Source of the DNA: Rhizodiscina lignyota
Taxonomy: Eukaryota
Assembly: GCA_010015805.1 (NCBI GenBank)
Contig: ML978138.1
Location: 248,001-312,000 of the forward strand
Length of the DNA stretch: 64,000 nt
Reading direction: 5' to 3'
Shown: positions 47,254-60,447 of the stretch, piece by piece
Layout: every line of letters begins with the position of its first letter
How positions within the stretch are numbered: position 1 is the first letter of the stretch
Notes under the pieces: model-generated
The model's input: the letters and a program-made list of their open reading frames with translations, nothing else
Database searches by the model: none
What the model was told of the DNA's origin: nothing
Made by a program: the position numbers and the translations under genes

Positions 47254-50200
47254 TTATTTGATGCTTTCATCGACCATAATATCGTCCTCGGTGACTCCCT
47301 GATTAGCCATTTGCCGCAATCGTTCCCGAATGACTGGATCTTTCTCCAATTCCTGCCAAACCTTGACATCCAGCTCATTAGCCATATCCTTCTCTTCTTC
47401 ATTCCTTTTAGGACGTGAGCGCAGGAGTCTTGTGAGAGCGCGCTTTCCACTTTTCGCACACTGCCGATATGCAAGCTCTCCGATGAAGAGGAGAGCGACG
47501 GCGAGAATCAAACCAAGCCACCAGGATGGATCTTTCCCAAAATGCTGCGTAAATCCGTCTCTCACATCATATGGCCATCTATTCTCAGAGTCATATGCAC
47601 ATGCGAGGAATATATTCCAGGCCCACCAACCAGCAAATGTGATCAGGAAGGATATGAGCACGACAGCTGTCTTGTAGTGGGTTTCGATGAGACTGGCCAC
47701 TCATTATTAGTGCGTGTTCAGCGGAGCCGTTGCACCAGCCAGATAAGAAATTGATGAGCAACAAGCGATGACTTACAAGAGTTTGCAGTTGGTCCAAACA
47801 ATCGCAACGGTAAAGACGAGGTCTCCCAACGCAAATAGGTCCTGTCCACCTTCAATATCATAGACGCCAAATGCAGCCCAACAGATAAACCACACTACTA
47901 TTCCAGTCGCCGTGGCGCCAATCATCCATACGATGTATCTTCTGATATTCAACGCTTTATTAAGTTGCCCGTAGCGATACAACTCAGGAACGGCCAGCAA
48001 GGTGTCTGCCTTGAGGTCTTGATCGAAGATACCAGGTACGATGACACAGAGCGAAGTGAAAAGCGTGTTCAGAACGGTCAAACTCCAGGACTCGTATAGC
48101 GATGTGCCAGTGTACCCGGTGTATCGCTGGTAGAGTGCCTGTGGCATGTAGAAAAACATCTCCTTCCAGAAAGTCAAGCGGATGAACTGTGCTGTTCGGA
48201 AGTAGTTCCATCGACCGTGGACAAGGAGTAGTCTCTGCAGGAAGCGAAATTGAGCAATGCTGTAGTCTGCAGCTCTGTACGCTTGCAGACCTTCCTTGCC
48301 AGAGATCCCAACGCCGACGTGAGAAGCCTGTATCATAGCAATGTCATTTGATCCATCTCCAATTGCCAAAGTCAGCGCACCGACTACGTGATTCCTGATG
48401 CCTTTGACCATGCTGGCTTTCTGAGCTGGACTCGCTCTGCAGCAGATGACGGAATTGATATACGTAATCAAAGAATAGAAGAGGTGCTTCAGATACGGGT
48501 TTTCTTCGACACTTGCAAGGGTGTTACCGTCTATGACCGCCACCGTGTGCGTTGACCCAGCTTCAAGGTCTTCGGCGATTACACGCATTTGAGCTTCCAG
48601 GTCACCCTTGGCGATATCCAAGATGAATAAATCGGAGTCGGGCCGGCAGATTCGTGCAGAGTGAGCGATGCTAATAGCAGTTTCCCGCTTATCGCCAGTC
48701 AACATCCAGATCTTGATGTTTGCTTGCCGTAGCTTCTCAACAGTTTCTGGAACGCCGTGCTGCAACTTGTCTTCAATAGCAGTGACGCCCAATAAGTCTA
48801 GAGACTGTTCGATAAGATCTCCGGCTGCTTCAATCCGTTCCTGTCGGTTGGTGAGCGAAGTTGTTGCGTCTTCATACACTTTCTTCCACGCTTCGTATTC
48901 CTGGGTCTCAATGTAGCGGTGCGTAAATAGAAGTGTTCGAAGACCTTCAGTAGCGTATCTGTCAATATCCTCAAAGCATCGCTTAAAAATAGAGGCATCA
49001 TCCATTGCTAATGGATCTTCAAAAGCGGTTCCAGCTTGCGAATGCCCATGTGGAATGGTAAGGCGAGATGTGCCAAGCGTGCGTGGCACATCAAGCGAGA
49101 CTGGTCGGATATCAAGTGATGGTTTCTGTGAACTGTCATATCCCTTCACATCGAATGAATGCGCTCGAATTGGCGTTGGTCGCAAAGCTTGACTTGTTGG
49201 GCTTCGTTTCATACTCTGTCCTCTTCGCAAGTCAAAGCTCAGCCTCGCTCCGATGCTGTTACGAGCTTGTTCCTCCGCGCTCTTCCTGTACAGCTGACGT
49301 TCAAGCTCAACACTCTTACGGACATCGCTGGCCTGTTGAGCCGCCAATGACGCTTGCTTGAGGCGAGGCAAAAGCATGTTATCGGCTCCTTTGCAGATGA
49401 CTAAGATGCGTCGATCTGGGCAGCGAACGATAATGGACATGCGCTTCCGTTTGCTGCTGAACTCAATGACATCCAGTATCTCATAAACCTGTCGAATATC
49501 ATTGCCATTTCCGGTAGAAAGGCGGAGAGTTATCGAGCGCGACGACCGGTCTTCAACGAGATATCCCATGTCTTGTGCAGCACGTACTAGAGCCAACTCA
49601 TCCGGAGAAGAAGCCTGAAAGCCGATAACGTCCTCTGTAATCTCCGGAAGACAGGTATGGCACAAAGCTAAACCTAAAATGAATGCGCGGGTTCTCTGAG
49701 TAAACAGGGAGAGAGGGTGTTGCTTAATGAGTTGCAAAAGTTCAGCTGTCGAGCCGTTTGTCGGAGCGACGGATCTCACGGTTGGCGGACGTGTGGAGAG
49801 AGATCGCCTAATCGCAGAAAGTGCTGTTTCAGCATTTGGCTGCTCTTCAAACTCCGTTACAGTGATAGCAGGACCATCTCTGGAGCCATGCAGTTTTTCA
49901 GCATATTCCAAACTGTGTTTTCCTTCGTTTGCCTCTTCGACTTCGTGAGACCAGGCAGTTCCAGCAAACGTCATCTTCCGAAATCTCATCACGTTCTCTG
50001 TCAAAGTTCCTGTTTTGTCAGAAAACAAGTAGTCGACCTGACCAAGGTTCTCAAGTATCGTGTTGGTGTTACACCTCATTGGAGTATCGGAGGCTTCGTC
50101 GTACATCTCAATATCGGCGTTGACCATGAGCATCTGTCCGATTTTGACGATCTCCAAGCTCACGTAAAGCGCCAGCGGGATTACGTTGTTGAACATGATC

Positions 50201-51444
50201 GCGTAGCCGATGATAATCTGCTGATACCCGACTGGAGCTTTGGCGATGTAAAAAGAATTTTGTTCGGTCGAGTTCTGCCATAGATAATAGCCGATGGATA
50301 ATCCTCCAGAGAGCAGAATAACGTAGACAATGAGTGTGAGGACCGCTTGATTAGCGAAATGTTCCAGCCGTGGTTTCTTCGCATTAGGATGCTGATTCGC
50401 ATTCATGCGAATCTTGCATTCCTCTCCCGTGTTGATGACCATGCCGATGATGAATCCGGTGTTTCTCAAGATGCATCCTCTGAGAATGACTTCATTTAGG
50501 GTGAGTGGAAGGGTCTCCTTACCAACCGTGACCTTGCCATGAAAGGAATAGAGGTCCGGGTTGGGATCTTCGACAACGAATTCCGCAACGGTTGACGTAA
50601 TTTCGGCCAGGTCGCTGCACGTTTTCAAAGCGGATAACGCTTGTCGGTTCTTCAAGTTGGTCTCTCCGTCCAGTGCCATCGTCTCTATGTAGGCCAATCC
50701 ATTCTCACCAGCCGTGTACAGCAAGACAACATCTGCGGGAATGTCCTCGTCTCGCTCAATCCGAATGATATCGCCGACTTTGATATCGCGCCATTGAATC
50801 TTTCGCCAGTGTAGCGGACCATATGTTCCAAGTGCTGAGACAACTTCAAGGGTTTTCCTCCTTAGCCATGGTAAATGACGAAGATAACGAAGTGACTGCG
50901 TGGCGCTGACGGCATGTGAGCCGTGGTTGTCTCTCAGTACAGTAGCAAGACTCTTGTTCTCCACTTGATCTAAACGATGTCTCCGATAGTCATCATAACC
51001 CTCTTTGAGTACCGTTAAGAGAATGAAGAACAACAGCGGCAAGATGGTTGTGTAATTTCCAGTGGTGCTGATTCCCGGAATGGTCTGAGGAACGCCAATG
51101 CAGATGAAGTAGAAGTTACTCAGTCGAGTCGCTTGAAAAATGAGCTGCTTAGGTAGGAAATCCCATATGGTGTATCTCGAAGAGCGTACAGTGTTGCTGA
51201 TGTACGCATGGCCTCGCCGTTCATCAACGAGTGGCTTTGCGTGGCTTGTTCTAAGCGGGATGTGGCGTCCGTCTTTTGAGGGCGGCAACGGCTTCCTGCG
51301 TAAGACGAATTCGAGTATGTAGATTTGAAAGATCTGGTGGATATAATGACCGAATTTCTCGTGCAATCGCCTCTTTGGGTGGTTCACTTCAAATAGCATT
51401 GTATTTGCCACGACTTCGGCGCCGGAGCCTGCGGGATTGCCCAT
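47254..51444 (-). CDS. DNF3: P4-ATPase phospholipid flippase, Dnf3-like
   Basis: LDGETNLK, FSDKTGTLTEN, SSPDELAL, FSSKRKRMS, WMLTGDKRETA, AIGDGSND. Terminal exon follows an intron near 47720-47775. Confidence 0.9.
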
Positions 51445-52207
51445 TATCTAGCTGACAGCATCGATGAAAGTAACCGTACTTTCTCGGCAGAGTGTTCGAA
51501 AGTCTCAGAAAACCCGGTTTGCGCGTAGAAATAAACGAATGGCTGGGCGATTGGCTTCATCTACATAATGAGATTAGGAGAAATTGAGCGAAAGAGTTTG
51601 ATCCATTGATCGGTAAAGCGAGCGAATCGCGTAGCTTATTATTGTTAACAGAAGATATGAGAGTGTCCTCTGTTAGACGCGTAGCGGGTCCATCATGAAG
51701 GTTTGCTTGAGATTGTGAAAATGGCTGGGAGTGAGGAGAGGCTCAAAACCTGCTTCTCGAGTGGAGCAACCCCGGTCCAACCCCAACGCCTCGTGGCCGA
51801 TGCGGCCCACTTTAATGGCGATCTCGATTCAGCGCGCTAAAATGGGAACGTGTCTGTTCCAACAGCGCTCGTCAGGCCGTGGACCACTTTGCACTTCACA
51901 AGCATCCCCTACATCGCGCCTCCGATTGGGCTGCAACAGTGTGTTGAAACCGAGGATGTCAAAGCCTCAAAGAACGAAGAGATGAGCTATGACTTCCTTT
52001 TCGTTGAGAACCCCTCTCGATTTAGCCTTCGAGCGAGTTGGCAGCTTTTAACATGAAGGAGCGGCGCTGCTCGGTCCAGATATTGCCACTCCACCTTCGC
52101 CGCACCTAGAATCGCAAAAAATTTGCTTTGGGTGAAGTTTGTAAAGGATTTACAGCTTGGATCAGAGAGGCGGGGTTTGTGTTGCAGAGAAAGACCAAAG
52201 CCAATTT

Positions 52208-53608
52208 TTAACTTTTGATAATGCGCTCGAACCTTTGAGAAAGCGCTGAAACCGCTGCTTCAGCATCCTTATCTATCGCCCCTAGCATGCTTGCATTCTG
52301 CTCCAGATCCTTCTGATGCTTCGAAAGCATCCTGACCACCTCATCACGCTGCGGTCCTCCAGTCCCTGCTCGCGACGCCACAAACGCCTGCGGATGTAAC
52401 GACTCCCTAAACTCACTCTCCGACAGCGGAAACGAAGCCTGATCATTTAGTTCCGCATACAGCTTCGCCGCATCCTCAATGTTGATCTCCGTCGGTGACA
52501 GTCCACGCTCGCGCCCAAAGTCCGTCAACTTCGACGCAAAGTGGTGGCCGATACGGAAGGGTACGCGAGCCGTCCGGTACAGTGTATCAGCTAGTTCAGT
52601 GGCGGTAGAGTACTCGCGGTTGATCTCTTCCAGAGCACGCTTAGCATCGACACGGAGCGATGCAACCATTTTCGTTGCTAGGTCGAGCATCTGCTGTGTT
52701 TCGGCGTCCGGTATGAGGTCGACGCTCCATCGAATCTCAGTCATACCGGACTGCAGATTGTGCGCGATGGCCATGAGTCCTGAAGCTTTGCCGATGATTC
52801 TTCCACCAAACTCGCGCATGAGTTCGAGCACCCGCGGATTGCGCTTTTGTGGCATCATTGAGCTTGTGCTTGTAAGTTCGCCGGGGTCGAGGCGGAACCA
52901 TGAGCGGCTGTTCGAATAGGTCTGATGAATATCTTGCGCCCATTGGCCGATCTGAGTCGCAAGCATAGCCAGCAGTTGGGATGTCTCTAGTAGAGCCTCG
53001 ACCGGAGACACTTGATTCGCACTCAGAGAATTCTCGACTATTCCTTCGAAGCCAAGCAGAGATGCCAACAGCTCTCGATCAAGTTTGAATGAAGACGTAG
53101 TTAACGCACCAGCTCCCAGAGGACATTGATTCAGGCGCTTGTGGCTTTGTATCAGTCTTTCTGCCGTTCGTGAAAAGCACTCATCCATTGCGAGCAAATA
53201 GTGCGCGTAGGTCGTTGGTTGCGCTTGAACTCCATGTGTATACGCCGGAATCAGAGTCTCGACATTGTTTTCAGCAACCTTTAGCACTGCCTCACGCAAC
53301 CTGACAATTGAAGTGAGAGTATGGCGCAAGGTATCCCGTGCAGCAGCATGAACGCATGCGGATATCATGTCCTGACGGGACCGACCAAGGTGGAGGAGCG
53401 ATGCATTTGAGCCGGCGAGTTCGACCAAGCGATTCTCCAGTGCAGGATAATCGCGTACAAAGAGCACGATTGATGTATAACGTCCAGCGAATTCGGCTTC
53501 GATCTTAGCAAGAGAGGAAGCGATCCGCTGTGCTGTCTCCGCATCGATGAGTCCCGCCTCTTTCACTGCGATTAAGGATGCCCGGTTGAGCTGATGGCCA
53601 AATTCCAT
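52208..53608 (-). CDS. Argininosuccinate lyase-like enzyme (fumarase/aspartase superfamily), bacterial-type
   Basis: Intronless 466-aa ORF with LHLGRSRQD, PAYTHGVQAQP, PLGAGAL, SSMMPQKRNP, TELADTL, VPFRIGHH. Confidence 0.85.
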   Translation of the reverse strand: MEFGHQLNRASLIAVKEAGLIDAETAQRIASSLAKIEAEFAGRYTSIVLFVRDYPALENRLVELAGSNASLLHLGRSRQDMISACVHAAARDTLRHTLTSIVRLREAVLKVAENNVETLIPAYTHGVQAQPTTYAHYLLAMDECFSRTAERLIQSHKRLNQCPLGAGALTTSSFKLDRELLASLLGFEGIVENSLSANQVSPVEALLETSQLLAMLATQIGQWAQDIHQTYSNSRSWFRLDPGELTSTSSMMPQKRNPRVLELMREFGGRIIGKASGLMAIAHNLQSGMTEIRWSVDLIPDAETQQMLDLATKMVASLRVDAKRALEEINREYSTATELADTLYRTARVPFRIGHHFASKLTDFGRERGLSPTEINIEDAAKLYAELNDQASFPLSESEFRESLHPQAFVASRAGTGGPQRDEVVRMLSKHQKDLEQNASMLGAIDKDAEAAVSALSQRFERIIKS

Positions 53609-54200
53609 ACTGTCGTCCTGTGAGAGCCTGGCTCATGCTCTAGCCAAGGCCTTGGCTTGCTGTATAGTCAGTATGTAAGCATCTACGGCTTCATATCTTT
53701 AGCGGTTGCTCGCGGGAGCTAGGTACCCGAAACTGTTTTTGATATTCGACATTTCCCCGGTGGCGCATTGTCTCTCTCCGTGATGCCAGAAACCGGGGGT
53801 TTATCATGTCCGGGGATGTTCATGGAATATGCCAATATACTGTGAAGCCGTTCACTGTGGAAATTAATGTTCAAGGGTCAAACGCTGCTGTTTTGAAATT
53901 GAAGTTCAAGCGGGAGTGTGAAGAAGTTTGGAAGTTCGCGCCACAATTCGCAAGCCACAGTGGCTAAAAATAAGTGAAGCCGAGGTTGAAATCGAACTAG
54001 GCAGAAGCAGTGCATTAGGAGTCATATCGACCGCGTAAGAAAAGAGGCTATATTTCATTGATTGCTACTACCTAATTAGACATCAACAGCTGTGTATATG
54101 CTAAGGAAGCTATGACTCCGAAGTCTCAAAGAGATAATCGAAAATCGTGTTCGGATCAAGTCTTCATCTACGCGACTGGTCTTCAATAAAAGTCTTCAAC

Positions 54201-56426
54201 TCAATCCTCAGCAGGTCTCTTCACGCCCCTCGAATTAGCAGCCCTCAGCCTCAGCACCATCTGCACATGCTCAACTTTCAACGCTTCACCCTTCTTGCTC
54301 GCAAGCAACTGAGACGTCTTCAAGATATTCTTGATCTGCCGACCATTCAGCTGCGGCTCCGCCAATGCCGTGATCTCCTTCTCGCTGATTCCGCTAGACT
54401 CGCGCTGGAGAAAGTTGCGCCACACTGTCTTCCTGCTGTCGATGTCCAGTTCAGGGTAGTCGAGAGACAGATGAATACGCGACTCGAATGCGGCGTCGAT
54501 GTTGTCGACACGGTTAGTCGTTAGGAACAGGATGCCCTCGTAGTACTCAAGAAGACGCAAGAAGATGCTGACGAGCTTGTTGCGCTCGAGATCGTGAGTC
54601 GAGCGAGCTTCAAGGAAGACGTCGGCTTCGTCAAGGAGCAGCACGGCATCCCACTTTGTGGACATTTCAAGGATTGTCTTCAGAGCATTCTCGACGCCCT
54701 GTGGATCGGTGCCGAGATCACCGGCGGACATGGTATACAGCGGAACCTTCATGGCCTCGGCGACAGACTCAGCTGTGAGGGTCTTGCCTACACCCGGTGG
54801 ACCGGAGAGCAGCATGATGATGCCCCTGCCCTTGCCTGCAATGACATCGTCGAAGCCCTGAGCCTTGTTCTTCGCTTGGGTTTGTGCAAATGCGAGGATA
54901 AGCTCCTTTTGCTCAGGCGGAGCGACAAGAGAGGTGAAAGCAGACTCGTTCCATTCAATCTCGTGAATGGCATTGAGATAGAAAGTGAGCCACTTCTTGT
55001 CACGCAGGGAATAGCCGCGCACTGTGTGCATGCAGAGAAGACGCTGTTCATCAGTGAGCTTCGTGTTGATCTTGTTCTTGTCATTCTGTGCAGCGGCATC
55101 CTCCATGGCGGTGTCATAGTCTTCTGAATCCTCGTCGAAAAGATCATCATCAGAATCAGCAGAACCGGAAGATCCGCTCTGTCGGATGTTGCGGAGGTTA
55201 ACCTTTCGATTAGGATTGAAACGGTTGTACGCGTACGTGTCAATGATAACGCGGCTGTTGACGGTGTACTTGATCGGGCCCCACATGCCAGGATCGATGG
55301 CAATTCCGTCGTAAGCCTTAAAGTGGTAACCAGCGTATTTCTCGAACAGGTGGCCACGTGTGAGAACTGTTGCCTCAACGCTTTCCTTCTTTGGTACGTA
55401 GGAAAGAGGTAGCACGCTCAATCGGGTGATGGGGGTGGTGCCCCGGAAGTCATGAATCATCAGCGACGTTTGCTGGTAGCCAAAATTTTCGCCGTCGAAA
55501 TCCACGTAGTCACAACGAAGCTGGAAATAGCGTCCGCATTGATTTTGTCCGTAGGCGCTGTCGACGAGCTTGAAGATTCTGTCGTGTCCGTCCTGACGAT
55601 TGTATACCAGGACACCAGGCTCGAAGAGAGTGTACACCATGTCAAAAGTCATGACCCCGTTCTTGATGAGATCGTTCTTCTCGTCAATGATCTCTTTCAG
55701 CTCGGGCTCGAGGACCGTGTGAAGCAGCTTGATGTGAGCATGCTTCTCAGAATCAGTTTCATTGTTCAGAACTTCTTCAAATTTGCTCCAGCGGTGCACA
55801 AAGCATTGGAAAGGCGGGCTAAACTCAAGACGGGACAAGTTCGTGGTGATGCCAGGGTAATTGGCTAGCGCAACCCCAAGGGCATCTTTGATGGTCTGGC
55901 TTTGGATAACAACCGAGTCGATTTGTAACTTCTTCCGGCCATCATAGCACTTCCTGTTCCGCACGAGCAAGGCATATTGAGCCGAAGAGCGGTTCTCAAC
56001 GGGCTCTTCGAGGTCGGTTGGATACTTGACAGACCAGGACCAGCCACCATTCTTGTCCTTGGGTCCTGGGTAAAGGTTCCTCACTTCGACCTTTGTGCCA
56101 GGATCCATGTAGACTTTCTCTTTCTTGTCGGCATTCTTCTTTCCCTTCTTCACGCTCTCCTGAGTGCCATCTTCATCCGCCTGCTCTTCTGCCCCAGAGT
56201 CATCAGATGCTTCGGATGCCTCAGAGCTGGACTCGATGATGTCTTCGGTAACCCTAGACCGACGAGCCATTCCTCGTCCCATTGGTGCTTGCCGGGTTGA
56301 GGTGTTCTGGAAAGAAAGTAATTGCTCTTTGCTGATATATTGAGGTTGGGGGTCCACTGCAGGAATAAAACGAGGTGGCAGTGGTGTATAATTGTGTGGG
56401 TCGTAAGAAGGAGAAGGAGGAGGCAT
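54201..56426 (-). CDS. Fungal AAA+ ATPase (DUF7025-type N-domain + AAA)
   Basis: Walker A GPPGVGKT within GKGRGIIMLLSGPPGVGKTLTAESVAE, Walker B LLLDEADVFL, FLTTNR, AFESRIH, LNGRQIKN. True start may lie downstream of 56426. Confidence 0.88.
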   Translation of the reverse strand: MPPPSPSYDPHNYTPLPPRFIPAVDPQPQYISKEQLLSFQNTSTRQAPMGRGMARRSRVTEDIIESSSEASEASDDSGAEEQADEDGTQESVKKGKKNADKKEKVYMDPGTKVEVRNLYPGPKDKNGGWSWSVKYPTDLEEPVENRSSAQYALLVRNRKCYDGRKKLQIDSVVIQSQTIKDALGVALANYPGITTNLSRLEFSPPFQCFVHRWSKFEEVLNNETDSEKHAHIKLLHTVLEPELKEIIDEKNDLIKNGVMTFDMVYTLFEPGVLVYNRQDGHDRIFKLVDSAYGQNQCGRYFQLRCDYVDFDGENFGYQQTSLMIHDFRGTTPITRLSVLPLSYVPKKESVEATVLTRGHLFEKYAGYHFKAYDGIAIDPGMWGPIKYTVNSRVIIDTYAYNRFNPNRKVNLRNIRQSGSSGSADSDDDLFDEDSEDYDTAMEDAAAQNDKNKINTKLTDEQRLLCMHTVRGYSLRDKKWLTFYLNAIHEIEWNESAFTSLVAPPEQKELILAFAQTQAKNKAQGFDDVIAGKGRGIIMLLSGPPGVGKTLTAESVAEAMKVPLYTMSAGDLGTDPQGVENALKTILEMSTKWDAVLLLDEADVFLEARSTHDLERNKLVSIFLRLLEYYEGILFLTTNRVDNIDAAFESRIHLSLDYPELDIDSRKTVWRNFLQRESSGISEKEITALAEPQLNGRQIKNILKTSQLLASKKGEALKVEHVQMVLRLRAANSRGVKRPAED

Positions 56427-57547
56427 TGTACTGGGATTTGAGGCACTTAAGTATTGTTGGAGTACGAAGTTCAGCCTAGCGCTGCTGCCTGCTATTACTA
56501 AAGAACAATTTGTGATAGTGACTCAAAGAAGATGGGCTAGATAGTGGATGGGGTATTAGAATGGTCAACACCCCGCTACGCAAGGCTGTACAATGATGCA
56601 GGGGAAAGGTGAAAGTGACGAGACGACGAATGAGGATTAGCGGTATGACCATTGCCTCAAGACCTCAAAGGAATAACGGGGCAAATCTTCTTATTATATT
56701 AGGCAACAGTATCATGGGAAGGTAATTCTCAACGTGAATCCACCACTGTGCCGCTTACCACGGCGACGCTGCGGTAGCGCCGCAGGAGTGATGTGACTGG
56801 TCCTGCCTAAGCGATTCTGACCAGCATTCGTCCGTTACCAGGCATCCATCCCCACAGAAAGGGTAACATGAGAGCTGAGTATGCCATTGTAGGACAGTTC
56901 CGACATGCCGGTGTAGAGGCGCAGATTCAGGGTTGGAGGATAGCGACAGAGCCTCTCAACATATACCTTGGGATTCCCTGGCAGGATGCATCTACACAGC
57001 ATCACGGAAAGACAATTCATTGTGAAGCCAGCGGTTCTTAGACTCGTACATCAGCGGTGAGTTTTCATGTTCTCCTTGCAGTATCCAAGGATGGATGAGG
57101 GGATGCAGAACGCCGCGAACGTTGTCGTTTAATCAAGGTTGGCAGTTTGCAAAGCCTCACCTAAGGAACCGGTCAAGCTCGAGGCTCGAGCAGGGGGGTC
57201 AAGGTGGTGGGGAGGAAATTTTTACGCTCTTTCCAATTACCCCGGGAGTTCAAAGGCTCGATAGTCGATGTAGTTCGCGGGCGTGTGTGAATATTTTGAT
57301 GGAGAGGAGGAGATGAGGTTGAAGCTGGCTTTGTCCGCACGCGACGCGACTGCGGGATGACGCCTGGCCACTTTTTGCCGACAGCTGGCAATTACGAAGA
57401 CCTCATATTAACTAAACATTCTCCCCCTACCTGCTTCCTCAACATCTTCAATCGTCTCTGAATATGCGAACATGACCCCCCGATAATCCCGACCTGCGAA
57501 ACGATGGTTCTCTTTGGTGCTTCTTCGACTAAGTGCAGCAATTCAAG

Positions 57548-60322
57548 ATGAAATCCACCCTGCGGCGGCAGCTCCCTTTGCTGCTCTGTATGCATTACAT
57601 ATCACGACTCACACGAGCATTCGCTAACCACTCGTAGTCGTTTGCTTCAGCATCTTCGTAACCGTCTTATGCCAGGAGCTACACGCCGAACCCTCGGACA
57701 GAAGTGACCTTCATTACGATGGCGAGCAAATCCTCTCCGACGCGCAGCATCAACATGCGGACGAGAGCTTTAGCGTTGAATACAATGGTAGAAATAAGAT
57801 GTCTTAACTCGTGGCGGAACCGGCTGACAGAATTTTGCAGGCGCTGAGCAAGTGGAAGAGGCGCGACAGCTCTTGCGACAGATTAAGCGACCAATGTCAT
57901 CGATAATACCACGAAAGCCACAAGGCTTCACGGGCAGGGCTCTCTACTACGCAGACAAGCTTTTCTCCCTCCTCTTCCTCAGTGCGCCACCCGCACAAGC
58001 CACACCCTCTTCCTCGCGACCGCGGAAACTTAATGCTCCGCTATCAAAAGCAGTCGAACTGCTGGAGGATGCGGCGAACCAGAACAACCCAGACGCGATG
58101 TTTATGTTGGCGGAGATGAATATGTACGGCAACTTCACGCATCCGCGTAACTATACGCAAGCGTTCCAGAGATACCTTCAGCTTGCCTCGTTCAACGGGA
58201 ATAGCTCGGCGCAGCACATGGTCGGATTCATGTATGGCACTGGCATCGGAGGGGCAGTGGAGCAGGATCAGGCCAAGGCAATGCTATATTATACATTTGC
58301 GGCGGATTCTGGAGATATCAGGTCTGAAATGGCGATTGCATACCGCCATCACGCCGGCATTTCGACGCCAGTGAGCTGCGAGGATGCTGTTCATTACTAC
58401 AGAAAGGTCGCAGACAAGGCAATCCACCATATTCAATCCGGCCCTCCTGGTGGTCATGCGCCAATAAAAGAAGCATATCGGATAGCGGACGCAGAGGGAG
58501 GTGTGTATGGAGAAGGTGCAAGTGTATACAGCACCGGCATATACGCAAAGCAAGGCGGCCCTAACTCGGACACCTACGCGTCATTTGACGACGTGATAGA
58601 GTATCTCGATTTTCTGTCCCGCAAGGGTGATCTAAAGGCCCGCTTCAATATCGCCAAATTCATGTACGAGGGACATCGGACGATGAAGCGAGACCTCAAA
58701 GCGGCCAAGCAGCAGTTCATGGACATTGCACGCCTCTACTGGACCAAGGACGGCAGAGTCCGGACTGAGGCATCAGCGACTGCGGAGAAGCTAGCGACAA
58801 GAGCTGCTGGCTATCTCGGCCGCATGTTCGTCCGCGGCGAGGGTGTAACCCAGTCCTTCAAGATTGCACAGACATGGCTGAGACGCGGTATCGCGAATGG
58901 CGATGCCCTCTCTCAATACTATATGGGTCTGTTATATCTGCATGGTCTCGGGGTAGAGCGAGACCCCGTCAAGGCAGCAGATTACTTTGCACCAGCAGCG
59001 GACCAAGACCTGTCAGCGGCACAAGTCCGGCTAGGCATACTCTTCCTTGATCAAGGCGACCGTGAGTCAGCTCATCGCTATTTTGATCTGGCAGCTCGCA
59101 ACAGGCATACTGAAGCCTATTACTATCTTGCTGGAATGACTTACGAGGGCGTTGGCCGCGATCGATCTTGTGGACAAGCTGCATCACTGTATAAGAGCGC
59201 GGTGGAAAAAGCAGAGACCATTGTAGCCCCGATCCACGAGGCAAACGCGGCTTGGGATGACGGTGATACTGAGACCGCCCTGATTGCCTACATGCTTGCC
59301 GCAGAGCAGGGGTTTGAATCCGCTCAGGCGAATGTTGCCTACATTCTTGACCTGGCCCAACCTCGACCATACTCCCTTCCGATGCTCCTACCAACGCTCT
59401 TCTCCACTTCTGTCTCGGTTGCGAAAACTGCGCGGTCAATCCTGAATGACGCGTCCCTCGCCCTGATGTATTGGGCTCGTTCCGCAGCACAAGACAATGC
59501 AGACTCGCTTGTGAAGCTAGGCGACTACTATGCCTATGGGCACGGTTTGCCTTCTCCGGATCTTGAAAAAGCTGCATCATGTTACATGCACGCCGCCGAT
59601 GGAGTTCCTGGCGTCACACCTCAGTCTGCTCAGGCCATGTGGAATCTGGGATGGATGCACGAGAATGGCATTGGCATGGAGCAGGACTTCCATCTTGCCA
59701 AGAGATTCTATGATATGAGCCTAGAAACGAACACTGAGGCAGAGTTGCCTGTCAAGCTGGCATTGGGGAAGCTCAGGATTAGGAGTTGGTGGAATCGCGT
59801 CACGAATGGGGAGGTGAAGAGCATTGAGGATGAGCCTGGTACGTATTCCATTAACCCCGCAAGCATCCGACTCTTGTTTTCCCTTATGATGATTCGAAGC
59901 TATATCGTTAACATCATCTCGCAGCGCAAAAGCGTACTTACTCCTCCCTCTCGGAGTGGCTCTCCGCTTTCCTGGAAGCCGACGCTGCACAGCTGGCCGC
60001 CGAGCTCGATGCTGAGCAACAAGAGCTTGAAGACTGGGATCAAAGTGAGATGCCTGGCGCGTCAGATGACTTCCTCGAGGACATTGATGATGGCTTACTA
60101 GAGATGCTGATCATCGCCGGTCTTGCCGCCACGCTCGCGTTCCTGGTGTATTATCGGAACCAGCGAGCGGCGGAAAATCGGCAGAGAATTGAGCAAGAAA
60201 GGAATGGCCAGCGCCAGCCTGCTGAAGGACAACAGAATCAAGGCCAAGGCGATCGAGGAATGTTTCCCCAGCCTGGTGATCCAGAGCTTTTTAATTGGGC
60301 GGCCGGAGGCGTGGGCCATTGA
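57548..60322 (+). CDS. HRD3: ERAD component Hrd3/SEL1L (Sel1 repeats, C-terminal TM)
   Basis: Signal peptide exon, multiple Sel1 repeats (AQHMVGFMYGTGIG, AAEQGFESAQANVAY, QAMWNLGWMHENGIG..DFHLAKRFYD), TM, and C-terminus WAAGGVGH. Confidence 0.9.
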
Positions 60323-60447
60323 CGCTCAACGATTTGGACCAACGTGGGTTTGTTTTGGACATTCGTCGCATTGCATGGCGTTTACGGCCACCTCCATGTT
60401 GGACATACGGATATACCTTCTTGCCCCTAAAATCGATATGTACATGT

